Assembly: GCA_000934665.2 (NCBI GenBank)
Contig: JYFJ02003801.1
Location: forward strand, 1 to 37,444
Direction of reading: 5' to 3'
Length of the DNA stretch: 37,444 bases
DNA from: Catajapyx aquilonaris
Taxonomy: Eukaryota
Shown: piece after piece, positions 34,895 through 37,444 of the stretch
How positions within the stretch are numbered: the stretch's first letter is position 1
Layout: each line of letters opens with the position of its first letter
Position numbers and translations under genes: made by a program
The notes under the pieces: generated by a model
What the model was told of the DNA's origin: nothing
The model's database searches: none
What the model saw: the letters and a program-made list of their open reading frames with translations, nothing else

Positions 34895-35544
34895 ATATAG
34901 AGTGGGTGTTCGGTGGGCTGTGTAGCAACCTCGATATTTTCACCGATGCAAATGTAAGTTTAATTATGAAACACACGGTGTACACATATGGCAGTTAACA
35001 ATATTTACTTGCCTCTTGCCATGCTGGAAATGTAAATAAAGATGTGTTCCTTTTTCACAGCAGTTGAAAACCAGCATTTCATTCAGAAACCTTAAATACA
35101 TACTGTACCGCATCGCCAGCAGTCGGATGAGAACCATCATCACTTATATTAACTTCAGGTTTATAATAGATCTTTCTGCCTTCGAATCAATACCTGCTGA
35201 TGATGGTACTCATATTAGTTGTAATCTGTTATCTTCCTCTGCTTGGTGTGTACTAGCAGTGTACAGAGAAGAAAAGCACTGTAAAAAGATAATTTGACAG
35301 CATTTTATACTTGTATCTCCATCATTGGTCCAAGAAACCATTATAGACTACAGTAAGCGAAGGTTTTTAAATGTAGAGCATTAATTGTTATTAATACGTT
35401 AGATCATCATATCATTGAAATACTGAATCTAACAAAATAGCTGCCTTCGCAATGCATGCACAATAAATAAATAGCATCATTATGTGCCTTCAAAATCTCA
35501 GCTGATTTTTGTGCACATCAAGGTAGGAAAAGACTTTATAATTA

Positions 35545-35838
35545 ATATTTTAAGGAGGTTGGCCCAGCATTGCCTTTCAACCTCCAAGAATAGGGAAGGA
35601 AGGAAGCGGCTGTGGCCTATTGTACGGAAGCGACCCCGGAATTATCCTAGAAAGACCGTGGAAAACCACAGAAAACCACGGTCAAGGTTGCCGGCCCCGG
35701 GATTAGAACCCAGGACCTCCCGATTAGCAGTCGGACGCCTTAAGGCCCATTCACACAGGCCGTCGACGAGAACTAAAACCAAAACCGTCGACTGCCTGTG
35801 TGAATGGGCCTTTATCCACTATGCCAACCTGCTTCGGT
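35545..35838 (-). mobile_element. tRNA-derived SINE (second family) carrying a nested mini-element
   Basis: The minus strand has A box TGGCATAGTGG and B box GGTTCTAATCC, then GGTTTTCTGTGGTTTTCC and GGCCACAGCCGCTTCCTTCC. This body style is seen in insect tRNA SINEs. The 3' boundary is approximate. Confidence 0.8.
35743..35811. mobile_element. 69-bp PIF/Harbinger-like mini-MITE
   Basis: 26-bp TIRs AGGCCCATTCACACAGGCCGTCGACG / CGTCGACTGCCTGTGTGAATGGGCCT (1 mismatch) with a 3-bp TTA TSD. Confidence 0.88.
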
Positions 35839-36743
35839 GGTAGGAAAAGACTGGCCTATTTTCAGTAATACCGTATAGCACTGGATTCCTAAAAGAGTTG
35901 CCCTAGCAGGAGGAGAAAAGTCTGGATTCCCCAAGTATTACTTTAAAATCACTGTATGCTCTGTGCATGAAACTCGAGTTCCAATGAATACTCTAATCAG
36001 GTGGATAATCATTACTAAGTAAAATTGCGAAAGGGAGCATAAAACTAACATTTTTTACTTTTTTTTTACATTTTAACCTATGAACAGTATTTGTGCTAAT
36101 CCCGCGAGGCCTGCCTTTAATTAAGGCCGTTACTGTAGATGCACCTGAGTGCACATTTCTTTCAAGTGAGAACCATTAATGTTGTTAATAGCCCATAAAG
36201 CTCATGATCGTCGACACGCCATTATTTTTCTTCGTCGCGTGAACAAACTGTCTCTACAATACATACACTATTATTCCTCTTTGGCAGGACTTGCTGTGAC
36301 ACCTTGACCCAAGGTTGGCTTCCTTGTCATGTCGCGTCCCCATAACATTAGCGTATAAGGTCTCCCACGGACTGTCTTGAGCAATATTTTATCGCAGGCG
36401 GGGGCCCCCATACATTCGCTTCGGGATCAAGAGTAATAACCTGGTTCTCCCTCCCTCTTTATGTGTGGGTGTGACATCCTTTGACTACATTCATTGTGCA
36501 ACAGCCTATATACACACAAGGATAAGGTACACCTAAAGCATTTCAGTCTAGCTTCGAGTTCAGCGGAAGTATAAGCTACTTAGTCACGTCATTAATGTAA
36601 GTAATCGTCAATAACTACTATGACACCTACTATGCTATAAAAATACACATGCCTTTCTTGGCGGTACCCGGAAATCATAGGCCATTTTTGCTAGTTTCTT
36701 TTCTCTTTTATGTTCTTTATGCTTATTTTTGTGTTGTAGGATT

Positions 36744-36745
<2 letters not shown>

Positions 36746-36796
<51 letters not shown>
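36746..36796 (+). repeat. (AAT)17 microsatellite
   Basis: Direct reading. Confidence 0.96.
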
Positions 36797-36797
<1 letters not shown>

Positions 36798-37444
36798 TAT
36801 TCCAAAGGGAGTAAGTAACTCCGTATTTTGGAGGGGTCTGATCACAAACATACAAAATAAATTCCATCACATAATGGTATCGCAAACCTTAACATGTTAA
36901 CAAATTTAGCAATAAAATTATAAATCAGGAAGGCATACGAGTAGTTCCATAATTAAAAGTTAATAACATAACATGAGAGATGCAAAGAGAACTATTTTTA
37001 GTAGGGTGTCTTCTGATGCTCCAGGATAGGTAGGCCTACTACGTATTGTTAAGCCACCCAAGGGTCATTTACGAATATGCAGTAATATTATACAGAAGCC
37101 CATTACCCTTAAATGTTGCTATATCTATACCAGCCCCTTTATGAAATTATTGAGCTTCTCATACCCAACGGTATATTTGTCCACTCTTTGTACTGGGGGT
37201 GTGTCAGAGGCGTTCTTAGGGTCCTGTTGAGGCTAATTCAGGGCATATTATACAGTACTGTATAGGCCTATTGAGTACCGGTATATGGAGGAAGAAATTA
37301 GATAAGTGACTTTACCTAGTTCTAGTTGAAGTGATAGGCCTACTTTGGCAAAAGGAAGCTTCAACCTTGACCTTCCAGTCCACTCATAGCATAGAGAAGT
37401 TTCCCCTCAATTTTCTTGTGGAGATAGGCTCTCCCAAATAGGGG

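Noticed and set aside
34900..37444. Possible fifth ppk gene or other coding exons at the window end
   Set aside because: No HG, FPAVT, CWW or TM2 motifs and no convincing exon chain on either strand.
1..37444. CRISPR arrays, prokaryotic operons, rRNA
   Set aside because: The sequence is spliceosomal-intron eukaryotic DNA, and I saw no regularly spaced repeat-spacer array or rRNA-like segment.

Overview
AT-rich, intron-rich eukaryotic DNA, most likely arthropod or insect. The window holds a head-to-tail tandem array of four DEG/ENaC (pickpocket / Nach-like amiloride-sensitive sodium channel) genes, all on the + strand. Gene 1 is 5'-truncated by the window edge (1814-3717). Gene 2 spans ~5000-11836, gene 3 13765-20608 and gene 4 ~23650-33977. 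I assembled all four by hand from GT..AG junctions. Each gives an open spliced frame with the same exon architecture and the family motifs (HG, FPAVTxC, CWW, GxCxxFN, Cys-rich thumb, TM2 GFS filter). Introns and spacers are crowded with non-autonomous mobile elements: an hAT element with an 8-bp TSD, Tc1/mariner- and pogo-like MITEs, Sola-like elements, tRNA-derived SINEs and a 69-bp Harbinger-like element. The 5.9-kb intron of gene 4 also holds a frameshifted Helitron-type PIF1 helicase that runs into a USP (peptidase C19)-like Cys box. The most notable observations are this helicase-USP relic, paralog-specific pore substitutions suggestive of subunit specialisation, a near-perfect 160-bp TSD-less inverted repeat, a pseudoknot-capable GC island and tandem intronic hairpins. 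No searches were run; all assignments come from motif recognition.
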